Shown here: positions 1 through 12,196 of the stretch, in pieces
Numbering within the stretch: the first letter of the stretch is position 1
How the letters are laid out: each line of letters begins with the position of its first letter
Origin: Macrostomum hystrix
Taxonomy: Eukaryota > Animalia > Platyhelminthes
Direction of reading: 5' to 3'
Length of the DNA stretch: 64,000 nucleotides
NCBI GenBank assembly: GCA_950097015.1
Contig: CATNEN010000038.1
Span: forward strand, 1,984,001-2,048,000
Notes under the pieces: generated by a model
Database searches by the model: none
Told to the model about the DNA's origin: nothing
The model's input: only the letters and a program-made list of their open reading frames with translations
Translations under genes and position numbers: made by a program

Positions 1-150
1 TCATTTATAACCCGTCATTCCATTTGCTTAAACCCCGTCACTCCCTAAAATAAAACCTGTCAGTCCTCAGTCTAAAGCGAGCGCCTTATTTAGCGACCTG
101 AATAGGGCGATGGCTACCAAATATAAAAGTACATTCGGCATAATTCTCGC

Positions 151-1251
151 CTGATCTCCCGGTCGAAGTCGACCATCACGCTCGGCCCAACCGCCCGGTG
201 TCAGCGACTTCACGTAGATGCCGATTCTCTCGCCGCTGTCGCCAGCTTCGTCGCCGTCGCCTGCGGTGGCCGTCAGCCCGACCCCGGCCAGCCCCACCCC
301 CAGACCGTCAGCAGGCCATTGCGGCAGCTCCAGCGTGAGCTGTCTCAGTCGACTCGCTCGTCTCTCCAGCTCAGCTTCGACGCTGGCCACGCTGGACGTT
401 GTGGCCAGCGTTGCCGCCGCCGATTCGACTTCGCTCGATGGCGCGCCCTCGCTGCGTTTTTTATGTATTACAATTTAGATCGACATATGCTACTTATAGT
501 GGCCTCTGTAGTATTAAGTATTTTTTCTACAAAATCACTTTCTAGAATATTTTATAGCTGATATTTTATGCTTGCTGTGCTCAGAATTTGCTCAATCGTG
601 CGAGTAAAGTAACCAGCAGCTGCCCCATTGATTATTTATGATGGTGGGCCTTGGTTACGCAGTCTTTCTAGTTTGCATTATTTATTTTAACATTTATGCT
701 CTTTGGCTAGTTGGCTGTGCGCATAAAGCTTGACGTCTGTCCCGCGTTGGAGTACCCGGCGTGAAGCACAGGACTTGAAAACTTTTTATTATCACGGTTC
801 CCATGTTTTAAGCGCTAAGCAGTGCAATGTTCTGCTCACTGAATTCTTTGAGAAACCAAGGTGTATGTGAGCAAAGCACAAGCTTCACTTTTCAAGTACT
901 ATTTCAGAGGAAAAAAACTGTACTCTTGGAGATCGAGACTCGATTTTTTGACGTTGTGACTCGATTCTCTGGGGTTGGGACTTGATTCTTTGAGGTTGGG
1001 ACTCGATTCTCTGAGGTTGGGACTCGGCACTTGGAGGTTGGGACTCGACTCTCTGAGGTTGGGACTCGACTCTCTGAGGTTGGGACTCGACTCTCTGACT
1101 CTCACAGGCAAACTTTGACAATTAATTACGCTTCAGGGACTTGTCCGACCGATGTCCGAATTCGCACGTTTGGCTTCTCGCGCCCAGTGGCTGCAACATT
1201 CGGTGTGCGGCGCAGTCGGACTTTTAGAAACTCCAGGCCTGCAGGGGCCGA

Positions 1252-1293
<42 letters not shown>

Positions 1294-1638
1294 ATGCTGC
1301 TGCTGCTGCTGATGATGCTGCTGCTGCTGATGATGCTGCTGCTGCTGATGCTGCTGCTGCTGTTGATGCTGCTGATGCTGAAACCTGCTGTAGCTAGCCG
1401 CAGTAAGTTGTCTATTACTAGCTGATATTGTTGACGTTGATGGCGACCTCAACTGGGAGGCTGCAGCTGACGATGAAGCCGCCTGGAACATCTGCCTGAT
1501 GCGGGCAACGCGGCCCACGGCCGACATGTCTGACTCAGCCGATGCATTTTCTTCCGACAGCGATGCGTTATTATCTACAGAGGGCTGCTTCTGCTGGTGC
1601 TGCTGCTTGTCACAACTTCTTGCTTGATCCAGTCTCAT
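151..1638 (-). CDS. Neurabin/spinophilin (PPP1R9)-like PDZ protein, 5' part (gene probably continues left of the window)
   Basis: Exons 1638-1130 and 451-151 join in phase 2 (GAA GC|gtaatt ... cgcag|C GAG). The N-terminal 'VGRVARIRQMFQ' resembles the neurabin actin-binding region. 'ASVEAELERRASRL...GLGVGLAGVG...ERIGIYVKSLTPGGWAERDGRLRPGDQ' resembles the neurabin PDZ entry. Contains a polyQ/H tract. The start codon and the 3' donor (GC) are less certain. Confidence 0.75.
925..1105. repeat. 21-bp minisatellite (TCTCTGAGGTTGGGACTCGAC), intronic
   Basis: About 8 units visible, degenerating leftwards. Confidence 0.9.
1252..1381 (-). repeat. (CAG)n/(CAT) coding repeat, polyQ/H
   Basis: CTG run with GAT interruptions inside the neurabin-like exon. 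Confidence 0.95.
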
Positions 1639-2518
1639 TTCTAAGACAAGCTTTACTTGCGCATTGGATATAATGCGGAGCCAGCCACTGAGAGAACTAG
1701 TTCTAGCTTTATTATAAAACACTATTTGTAATTCCGCGCCGAAATGTCGTTTTTCTACGTACAGATAAAAATAATTCCGGAAAATGACGCCAGGCATTTT
1801 CAACTACGGCTCGTATTTTAATACGTCTTTGACAACGAAACTATTAAATATGATATACTGAAGCAGATTAAAACTGAAAACCATGTAATTTTTTTATTAG
1901 ATTACTTTCTACGCAAAGCGAAAGTGACCCCGCGCTTGTTAGAGAACTTTGTCTCAGCAATATTGAAGAATCCTTCATTATATTTAGGTAGTCTTAATAA
2001 AACAGACACAACCAATCACTGCACCGCATTCACATCGGTAGTTATAACCGATTTTTTAGATAAATATTCAATCACGAAATGATTGATGCAACTCCAGAAG
2101 AAAATATGGTCGCAAAGATTTGACAAAATGACAGACAAGGGGAAATATAATGCGAGGTTTACAGTTAAACGGTTATTTGTGAGAAAGTACGCTCGTAATA
2201 AAACACAGTGTAAACAGAGTAAAACGCAAACGAAACAGCAGGTGCATCGAGGCAGAATGCATATTTCTCTTGGACAACTATGTAATACACACAAAGGCTT
2301 AACTGAATGACTAAAAGTATTCGCGATAGATAAAAGAAAGTTCTAATTGACAGAATACTACTTTTAACGTTGCATTAGCAAGCAGCATGCAAGGTTTTGT
2401 GGACATTGATCAGTTTCTATGGCGACTTCGACTCTTCGATCATGGTGTAGATAAAATTTCTAGAGTTTATTGACACGAAACAATAGCTAAAAAGCTGCAG
2501 GATCCGCGCTGTAAATTG

Positions 2519-2865
2519 CGGAGTGAGATTGCTGTCCGCGGGTTCAGCGGGTAAGAGAAAGAGATCGATGGCTTGCAGTGTACATTCCGGAGTGAGATTG
2601 CTGTCCGCGGGTTCAGCGGGTAAGAGAAAGAGATCGATGGCTTGCAGTGTACATTCCGGAGTGAGATTGCTGTCCGCGGGTTCAGCGGGTAAGAGAAAGA
2701 GATCGATGGCTTGCAGTGTACATTCCGGAGTGAGATTGCTGTCCGCGGGTTCAGCGGGTAAGAGAAAGAGATCGATGGCTTGCAGTGTACATTCCGGAGT
2801 GAGATTGCTGTCCGCGGGTTCAGCGGGTAAGAGAAAGAGATCGATGGCTTGCAGTGTACATTCCA
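2519..2865. repeat. 69-bp tandem repeat, 5 near-perfect copies
   Basis: Unit GGAGTGAGATTGCTGTCCGCGGG...CAGTGTACATTCC. Confidence 0.95.
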
Positions 2866-3539
2866 GCAGTCATATTTTATCCGCGGGTGTTGGGGGAGCC
2901 TTTCATAAGACGGCGGTGAATTTAGGAACAGAAATATATCTACAGCGCAATTATATAACGATTTCGTAGTCTAGGGCCTACCTAGGAAGCAATAACATTA
3001 TAGCCAGCAATGAAGATTATACCTCGAAATAAACAACCTCAAAATGCGAGGCAATTAAATCCCGGGCAACACACGGGTCCGAAGAACGAGATCAAAGGTT
3101 ATTAATTATGGTTGAAAGCTGCACAATAATTTGTGTAGTTATGGCATGATAACTGGACCAAGTTAAAATGATTGACATATAAAATTTTTAAGATAGTACT
3201 AACAGACATACATGTAGGAGCGCCGTATTGACAATAATAATACGCGAAAAAGGAAAGTGTTATCGCCGCAAAGAAGACATTAACTGCCTAGAGTTTGATT
3301 GCTTAATTTCGAGGTGTGTAAGCTAATTTAAGTGCGTGAGTGTTTTTTGTGGTTGTACATGTAACTAAGAGAGACAACTCGCTGCCATTGCTCAGAATGA
3401 TACGAAAAGACAGTAAAAGGAAAAATCTGAAATAAAGGTGTACAAGTAGTTCGTACAAGCTAGCATCGATTTAGGATGTTTGCGTGCTGGAAAATGGAAT
3501 TCGGAAACAGAAATTTCGTGCCGAATAGCTTGGTCTTTA

Positions 3540-3720
3540 CTCAGGGAGCAGATTGCTTATCGGGCAGGGGTAAGAGATTTTGGGGAGGGTATGGGCTGAG
3601 TGTACATTCAGGGCAGATTGCTTATCGGGCAGGGGTAAGAGATTTTGGGGAGGGTATGGGCTGAGTGTACACTCAGGGCAGATTGCTTATCGGGCACGGG
3701 TAAGAGATTTTGGGGGGGGC
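3540..3720. repeat. 65-bp tandem repeat, ~2.8 copies, related to the 69-bp unit
   Basis: GCAGATTGC recurs at 3548, 3613 and 3678. Confidence 0.9.
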
Positions 3721-5071
3721 GGGCAGCAGAGCAGATTACTGTAGTTCTGCGGAGAAAAGCAAACAATCTTGGACGCTTTAAAATATCAGGCACGGACTAA
3801 TTGAATAATCTTATAACAAAACAGTTCTAACCAAAAAAATTTAGGTAAAGAAATAGTCAGTAACAATAATTTAATAAAATAAATAGCATTGATTTGTATA
3901 AAGACACATTGCCAGTCTCAACTCTATAATGAGGTGCTAAACAAAATATGAGGAAAAAATAAAAATGAATATATTGCTAATATTTACGAGGACGCATTGG
4001 AACGTTAGGCTGTTGGAATTGCGCTCAAACATAGCCGCAGTCCTTTGCAGAACTAAGCTACAAATAAAGCACAATTTTCCTGCCTAAAAATAAAAGCAAG
4101 CTGTTACAAGTATAAGAAAAAAAGATTATGCAAAACAGAATAGATTATGCATGAATGAAAACAAATTCAGCAAAGTAGCAGTTAGAATGATGGCAAATCG
4201 AATATCCAAAAAGATTTAACACGAAAGACAACCCGATTTTTTGCCCTAATCAGTTCTTTAGAAATCCTGCAGTTTCCGAAAGCTTTTCGAAATTTAAACT
4301 GAATTAGTTAGCGTGCTCGGATAATTCTGAAAGCTAAATAAAATAAAAGAAAATAATATATAAAATGAAGCTTCTAAACAATAATGAGATCGCTATGCAA
4401 AATTAAAACTCGCTTTAAAGCAGTTTGATTCAGAAAGCAAGTAAAAATTTGGAAAATAGATTACTAATCAACAAGAAAAATAAACAAGAAATAGAAATCT
4501 AAATAGGGGATAATTTTATAAGCTCGACTTTGTGCTCTTGTATCTTTCTTAGAAATGATTTACTAGTCAATAGACCTTTTGAATTCAAATAAATAAAATG
4601 CTCTGCTCAAGTGTTCGATGTTTAAAGACAAATAATTTCGTGAACAGGAGCTAGACAAGCGATTGGAAAATAATATAAAACAAAAAAGAGCTCATTTGTG
4701 CACTAAAAGCTGTGCTCGAATATTTACAAATCTATAATTATACAGAGAGCATGCTACTTTAAGTAGCACGAGCACATCTGTGAAATATTTATTTGACGAT
4801 GTTTAACTACAAAGGAAAAAACTAAATCGCATATAAAATATAGTTATAAAAGAGCAGAAAATAATGAAACAATAGAACTTCTTACACACAGAAGGAATTA
4901 AAGATTGGTCACACAAGGCCTTGTAAATAACTTTTCCTTTATTGTTAACTAAAACGAATTTGAAAACGGCTCGTTTTTTATTACAGCTTGACTTTTTATT
5001 TCTGGTGCGTCGAGATTGATGTGATAAAAAGCAAGTTAACTTGCTCTTCGTTTTAAACCGAGCAGCGGGTG

Positions 5072-8000
5072 TCAAAGTGAGATGTCCTCTGCAAAGAGAG
5101 CAATGAATTTGCGGCACCTTCTATGCATTATTCTCCTAATTCCTCTTCCCCTTTCCCATTATACCCCTAGTTCCCCTTCCCCTTTATCAATCTTCCCTAA
5201 GTTTCTCTTCCATTTCTCATGCTTCTCCAAGTTCCTCTTTCCCTTCTTATTCTTCCCCTAGTTACCCTCGTTCTCATACACATTCTTTCGCATAGCTCTT
5301 CTTCCCATCCCTTCCCTTAGCCTCACCTGGATAATCTCCTTGTCCTTGAGCGGCTGCAGCAGCGGCAGCGGCAGCAGCAGCAGCCGCCGCAGCGGAGGCG
5401 GAATGGCCGTAGGAGAAGGCCGCCCGGACGTCGAGCAGACTGGCGAGGTCCAGCACCAGGCGTTGCAAGCCGGCGCCGCCGCTGCCGCCACCGGCGCCGA
5501 CGCCGCCCTCCATCAGCTGCTGCTCTGGCAGTGGCGGCATGGAGGCGGGATAGAACCTGGGACCCCTGAATGCGCGGTGCATCCGCAGAGAGGCTGAGCA
5601 GAACAGATAGCGCAGCACCAGCAGGCGCATGAAATCGTCTCGGTAGTACTGAAGGTAGGCTGCGTCTGAAATTGGTCAACCAAATTTAATGCAATGCAAA
5701 CCTATTACCTAACATCTTGAGGCCTTTGAGTCGGTAGAGAAGCGTTTGAGTCTTTAGAGAAGCGTTTGAGTCTTTAGTTAAGTGTTGGAGTCGTTAGAGA
5801 AGTGTTTGAGTCGTTAGAGAAACGTTTGAGTCTTTTCTTTAGTTAAGTGTTCGAGTCGTTAGAGAAGCAACGTTAGTAAAGCAACTTACCAACTACATTT
5901 GTAGGCACCAGTTCTGGTGACATCAGTTTGAGTCGTTAGGGAAATGTTCGAGTCAATAGAGAAGCATTTGAGTCGTTAGAGAAGCGTTTGAGTCTTTAGA
6001 GAAGCGTTTGAGTCTTTAGTCAAGCGTTTGAGTTGTTAGAGAAGCGTTTGAGTCTTTAGTCAAGTGTTTGAGTTGTTAGAGAAGCGTTTGAGTCTTTAGT
6101 CAAGTGTTTGAGTTGTTAGAGAAGCGTTTGAGTCTTTAGTCAAGCGTTTGAGTTGTTAGAGAAGCGTTTGAGTCTTTAGTCAAGTGTTTGAGTTGTTAGA
6201 GAAGCGTTTGAGTCTTTAGTCAAGCGTTTGAGTTGTTAGAGAAGCGTTTGAGTCTTTAGACAAGTGTTTGAGTCATTAGGGAAATGTTTGAGTCGTTAGA
6301 GAAGCGTTTGAGTTGTTAGGGAAATCTTCGAGTCGTTAGAGAAGCGTTTGAGTCGTTAGGGAAGTGTCTGATTCGCTAAGTACTCGGTACTCGTATTTCA
6401 CAATCCACAAAGTTAACTTCAAATAGTGTGGAAATTGGGAACATCTAGTTTCGAACTTCGGTGCTGATAAAAAACGGACTCACCAATCTGTCGAGACCGC
6501 ATGAGCAGTCTGCCAGCTTCGGCCAGGAATCTGTCCACAATGGCCTGGCCTCGATCCCACAATGTCAGGGGTAGCGATTGTACGCCGCAGATTAGGCAGA
6601 ATGCGGTCAGCGGTGAGTGAAGAAACAGGGTGAACAGGCTGCCCTTCTGGCGCTGGTCTGCGAAGTTTATTTCACAGCTCATCAACTTGACAGCTGAGTA
6701 TATCGATTGAATTGCAAGCGTGTTGTAGGTAAAGCAACTTACCAACTACATTTGTAGGCACCAGTTCTGGTGACATCAGACACACAAACGGCTGGCCGAA
6801 CATGTTGGGAAAATTCTGAATTTGAGATACGGAATAGTGTAATGACTAACCAGACTGTCAGTAACGTCTTCAATGACCGGCTTTACAGATTGTGAAAAAA
6901 TGATAAAATAAACACCAGTAACTGCAGAAACAGTAAGCAAGCTCACCCCAAATGCAAAGCTATTGTCGGAGTCCACAATGAGGAACATTGGCTTCCGTGT
7001 GTAAGGAAAAATATCCCCCGGATACACGCTGAAAACAGGGAATGAAACAACCTATAGTTAATACGTATTAACGTATAGTAGAAATCGTAAAAAGCGACAA
7101 AAAATTCGACACTACTAATAGTAGCTCACCAGTGGAGATTTTTGTATCGACCCTGAATCTGTGAGCGCTTCTGTTGTCTCGATGACGATTGCTGCTGCTG
7201 CTGCTGCTGCTGCTGCTCAGCCTCGCGTCGGCTGTTAGTCAAAACGCCGCCGTCAGCATAACCGTCTGAAATGGGAAGTTCATGTCGCATTTTCTGATAA
7301 TTGACTAACACATATAATAAGGGCGTGGCGGTTCTCCAGTCCATGGACAGGACAGCTGTACACCAACTCACAATCGTCGCCCAGTTTGCTTGGGGAGCCC
7401 CTATCTCCATCGGCGCTGAGGTAGAGCATGAGCACACCGTCCTGCGGCAGCTCCTTGAAGCCGGACGCCAGGAAGGCATTCAGCTGTGCCAGGCTGGGCT
7501 TGTACAGCAGGTACTTGTGCGGATTGTCCCGTCGGTTGTTTGACGCAGTTGGGATAGAGCCCGGGCCAGTCAGCTGCTGCTGCTGATGCTGATGATGAAG
7601 TTGCCTCGGCAGGCCGCCCCGGCCGTACTCCGAGCCGTTGCTATGCTGCTTGTACAGCCGGTGACCCGAGGCGCTGATGACGGCGCCGCCAATTGGACTT
7701 TCGAAGCCACCTGCAGTCATCCCGGCTAAATCCGTTGACGCCTGATGCTGCGGATGCTGCTGATGCTGCGATGACAGAGGCTCGCGCTCCAGAGTTTGCA
7801 GCATGCGGAACATGTCCAGCGTCAGCTCGCTGAATTTCGCCTGCTCCGAGCAGTTGCCAACCAGGACAACCTCGGCTAGGCGAAGGTTGCCACCGCCGCT
7901 GCCAGACGAAGACGAGGAAGTCGATGTGGACAGAGCGGAGGTGGCGGCAGCCGACGCGGCGTTCAACCGATTCGACAGCACAATGGGCAGCGAGTCGTGA

Positions 8001-10548
8001 TCCAGCACCGAGACTAAAGTGTCGGCCGCGATGAAGGCGCGAATCTCTTGCAGCACCTGCGGAAGGGTGCGGGGAGACAGGTCAGTGACAGCCGGGCTGA
8101 CAGGTAAGAGACAGACTGACAGGTGAGAGACAGACTGACATGTGAGAGACAAACAGACTGACCGGTGAGAGACGGACTGACAGGTGAGGGACAGACAGAC
8201 AGGTTAGAGACAAACAGACTGACCGGTGAGAGACGGACTGACAGGTGAGGGACAGACAGACAGGTTATAGACAAACAGATTGACCGGTGAGAGACAGACT
8301 GACAGGTTAGAGACAAACAGACTGACCGGTGAGAGACAGACTGACAGGTGAGAGACAATCAGACTGACAGGTGAGAGACGGACTGACTGACAGGTGAAAG
8401 ACAAGCAGACTGAGAGGTGAGAGACAAGCAGCAAGTAGAGAGACACACAGGTAATAGATAGAAAGACAGACAAGTGACAGACTGACAGGCAGACGGTACA
8501 GAAGTCAGTAGGCAGAATTTCAGCTACCTGAGCCCATTCCGCAGCATCGGCAGGCTGGTAGATGCTTGTGTAGTCTTCAATTTGTCTGGCCAGTTCTCGA
8601 ATTAATTCGCGCACCAGGGGCAGCTTCTTCAATAGCAGGCAGACGATGACAAAGCGGGCATAATAGCGCAACTTTTTCACCATCAGGTCGGGTCTGATTT
8701 TGTGTAGAAAAAAAATTTAGTTTAGTTAATTAGGCGTACTTACTGTCTACTAATAGTAGAAATGCAATTTTTTTAAACCGGTTCCTCACCTCTCCTCTTT
8801 ATTAGCCTTGGAGTAATAGGCGCGCATGCGAATTGCCGAATAAAATGCAAACGACTCGTTGAGGTAGTTGGTCTCGCTGGTACGCAGGTAGTAGTGATAA
8901 TACAGCTGGCCAATCTTGGACGCTATCTCACCGATCTGCCATCGTTTTAGTCCGTAGCCGCCGTCCAACAGTTGCCGATGCTGCTGCTGGAATTTCCACA
9001 GCTTCGTGTAGATGTCGAACGCCCGACCAAAGTGCGACTGCCACTGCTTGTGGCCGTACTGGGGCAGGTCCCTGCGGATTCGATGTAAAACAGCCTGAAA
9101 ACTCTATTTTGAGAACAGGACAGGCTATACTAGCTAAGCCGGGAACAGGGAAAGCTGCTCAAACTGGGATGAGGGAAATCAACTCAAACTGTGAGCAGGG
9201 GAACATGCTTAAACTGGGAAAAGGGAAAGCTACTCAAACTGGAATAAGTAATTCTTCTCAGACTGGGAACAGGAGAAGCTGCTCAAAATAGGAACAGGGA
9301 AAGCTATTCAAACTGGGCATAGGGAAAAATGCTCAAGCTAGGAACTATGAAAGCTGCTCAAACCAATTAGATAAAAAATTGGCCCACCTTATTAAGTAGT
9401 GTAATGCAAAATAAGTTTTAAAGTATGCCTTGAAATCTAGTATTGATACCACGTGTTGTATCATTTCTTTAAACGTTTTGTAATACAGATTATACTTGAA
9501 TAATAGTGTGTAAAAATATGATACTCCTGTCTTTAAAAATTTGAAAATACAAAGGGTCATCTATAACTTAAGCCACCATTTATTTAGATAGCTAAATATA
9601 GACAGCAAAGTACAGTATTTAGTAAAGCTTATATTGGCTTGCTCAGAGTCAGAATTGCAGGACACCCAAAATAAAATAATGGCAAATATGTGCAATTCTA
9701 GGTTCAAATCTATAAAATTCGCTTGTTCATAATGCAGCTCTGTAAAATATATGGTGCTGGAGTACATGAGCAAACATAAGAATGACCTTGACCACTTTTA
9801 TTAGCATTTAAAAAAGGAAATTAGTTCTTCAAAAGGTAAATTATTTGCATATCTTGGCATTTTTGTAATTTAGTGTATGTTCATTCTGTACTATATAAAT
9901 TTGTACATGTTTTAGAAAAAAAATCAAAGCAAATAAAATTTTTAAGTTTATGGTAATTAGTCCCAGTAGTGGAAAAAGTTAAAGAAACAGAACCAGCATA
10001 TTAAACAAGAACTTTTTAAATCTCATTTAGTGATTTTATTTATGAACAGTAAGTCCCTATCATGATCTTAAAATATAAAACCTTACAGTTAGTTGCTAAA
10101 TAGAAAAGGATTAAAAACAATTAAATTCTGGATGATATTATTATGCAATGTTTAGAAACACTTAAATGTAATATAAATACAAATCCTAATGATAAGGTAG
10201 AAGCCGAATTAATAAATAGCATAGGCTAATTGTCTTATTTTCTGTTCAATTGTTAAATGATACTTTTGCTTGTGTTTGCTATAATAAAGTATGAATCGGA
10301 CGATAGAATGAGATAGGCAAATACTAAGTAATTAGAGTTTAATACAAACCACTCATTAAACATATCACAAAGAAACTAATGCACGGTGGTCACTTCAACA
10401 GTTGAGAATTTAGAATTTTTACAAAAACTGCATACCGAAGTCCATTGAAAAGCTGCTTTGATTTCTCAAGAAGATGACAAAATTCGTATACAACATTCTG
10501 TGTGTCAGAGCTTGCACCTATTCCATTCTCTCTTATATCTAAAGACAT
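5072..10548 (-). CDS. SCAI: SCAI (suppressor of cancer cell invasion) homolog, 10 coding exons, ~688 aa
   Basis: Exons 10548-10436, 9071-8790, 8693-8528, 8056-7372, 7265-7130, 7028-6947, 6815-6743, 6657-6484, 5665-5327, 5088-5072. All are GT-AG with consistent phases. Motifs 'LLEKSKQLFNGLRDLPQYG', 'GLKRWQIGEIASKIGQLYYHYYLRTSET', 'NPHKYLLYKP' and 'PGDIFPYTRKPMFLIVDSDNS' are characteristic of SCAI. The last 17-nt exon (EDISL*) is less certain. Confidence 0.93.
5135..5263. repeat. Degenerate ~30-bp pyrimidine-rich tandem repeat, last SCAI intron
   Basis: Recurrent CCTAGTTCCCCTTCCC-like unit starts. Confidence 0.6.
5722..6372. repeat. 20-bp minisatellite with 40-bp dimer structure (GAAGCGTTTGAGTCTTTAGT/CAAGTGTTTGAGTTGTTAGA), SCAI intron
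   Basis: Direct inspection; interrupted by an exon-derived insert at 5876-5926. Confidence 0.95.
8075..8490. repeat. GACA-rich minisatellite (GACAGACTGACAGGTGAGA variants), SCAI intron
   Basis: Fills most of intron 8057-8527. Confidence 0.9.
9110..9365. repeat. Degenerate 25-bp tandem repeat (GGGAACAGGGAAAGCTGCTCAAACT), SCAI intron 1
   Basis: About 10 diverged units. Confidence 0.8.
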
Positions 10549-12196
10549 TACAATTTTTATTTCAATGACAGCTTGCTCAGCGGCTTCTTCATTTGCAGTA
10601 TTAAGTGTTAATCACAAATAAATGAGTCGATCATTGGAAGCAAGCAATGAAAAAGATACGAAATTCTTAACGATAAATGTTAAAATTAGAAAATTACACA
10701 ATCGTCGAAATATCGTGCGCAAATTAGTACCTCTTAAATGACATAAAAAGAAGTATAAATATTTTTTTATACTTTACATTCATAGATGTGTTTTATTTGT
10801 GTAAGATCTCTACTTCCTGGCGTTATTATCGTTAGTATTTGTTAAACTAATTCACTTAACTTTTTTGAATATTTAAACTTTAAATATTAAGGGTTTGATC
10901 TTTTAATAACCCTTAATTTAATGAATTCGAAAGAGAGTCAAGAAAATGTGTGCAAAGTTTTGTAAGCTAAGCTTGCGCAACATCTTCAATTGTCATTACT
11001 GCCTCATTTGAATTCATATTAAACTCTGTTAGTGCTCGGCTATTTTCATTTCCTTAGTTGTTACGAACGATAAAATTTTAGTGATTTAATTTATAATAGT
11101 CGAATCGATTTGCTCCTTTTGTCCTAACTTTTATGCCTTATTGCGCACTGTAAATTCTGGTTACATCCTTTGTTTATTTTTCCCTGTGCAACCTCATTCC
11201 TATTACATTCCTCATAATTCCAGCCAGATTTTTTATTATAAATTAGATCAGTTTTATTTTCATTATTTTTACTATTGCTCAAATTGCTCAAATAAATTCT
11301 TTTTTTATCTCCCGTTACAGTAGTTGTCAAAGTAGTTCACATTGACAAACAGGTGGCCTGCCTGAGCCAAAGCTCAATCAACCAGTGTGTGATATTTAGG
11401 TGGGTGTACATCAATCCACAATGTAAGACGTTGTAAGACGTTGCGTGCATTTGCATGTATTTTTACCTTTTTAAAATAATATCTGACTTTCGGTCACATA
11501 CCATCAACACAGCCAGGAACAGTAAGATGAAAAGAAATAACTGCCAAACCTCGAGTTTTACCACAAATATTTTATTCGTTTTTACGCAGCTAAAGTCGTT
11601 ACATGCCTGCATATCTTAGTTTATTTTGCAACAAGTAAGACCGACATGTGAAGCAGAAAAAATATGACAGTGACAGAAACACATTGCCCACAGAACGAGA
11701 GCAAAATGAGGACAAAATATAATTAGAGTTATTACAGGTGCTACGAAAAGTACTTCGACGATAACTTTATTCTCCTAATCATTCAAATTGAAATGAAGAC
11801 GCATGAAACGAAAGTATCAGCTACAAGACTGAGAATAGACGTCGGCTTTTAGACGGGACTCTGGGGCAAAGGGAATTGAAAGAAAGTAAAAACAAGACAA
11901 AATTGCCGCAAAAAATTATCGACTCGGAGAGGGCCTCCCACAGAAGAAACACAATTTTATGCATAAATAAGCACAAGTAACTGACAATGCTGGCAAATAA
12001 GCTAAAAAACACTGAAGAATCGGGTTTTTGTTGAGACAAGAAAGTGAGCTGGCTGTACAAATCGGTAGTTTATCAGAATAGCCTAAAAGTTGAAATTGAG
12101 AACACACATTGTGAGACAGGGGTAGCTTGCAGTTGTTTTATTAGATTGAGAGGAAACAGAACTAAATAAATGAGCTAATATTTATTTTAGAGACTT

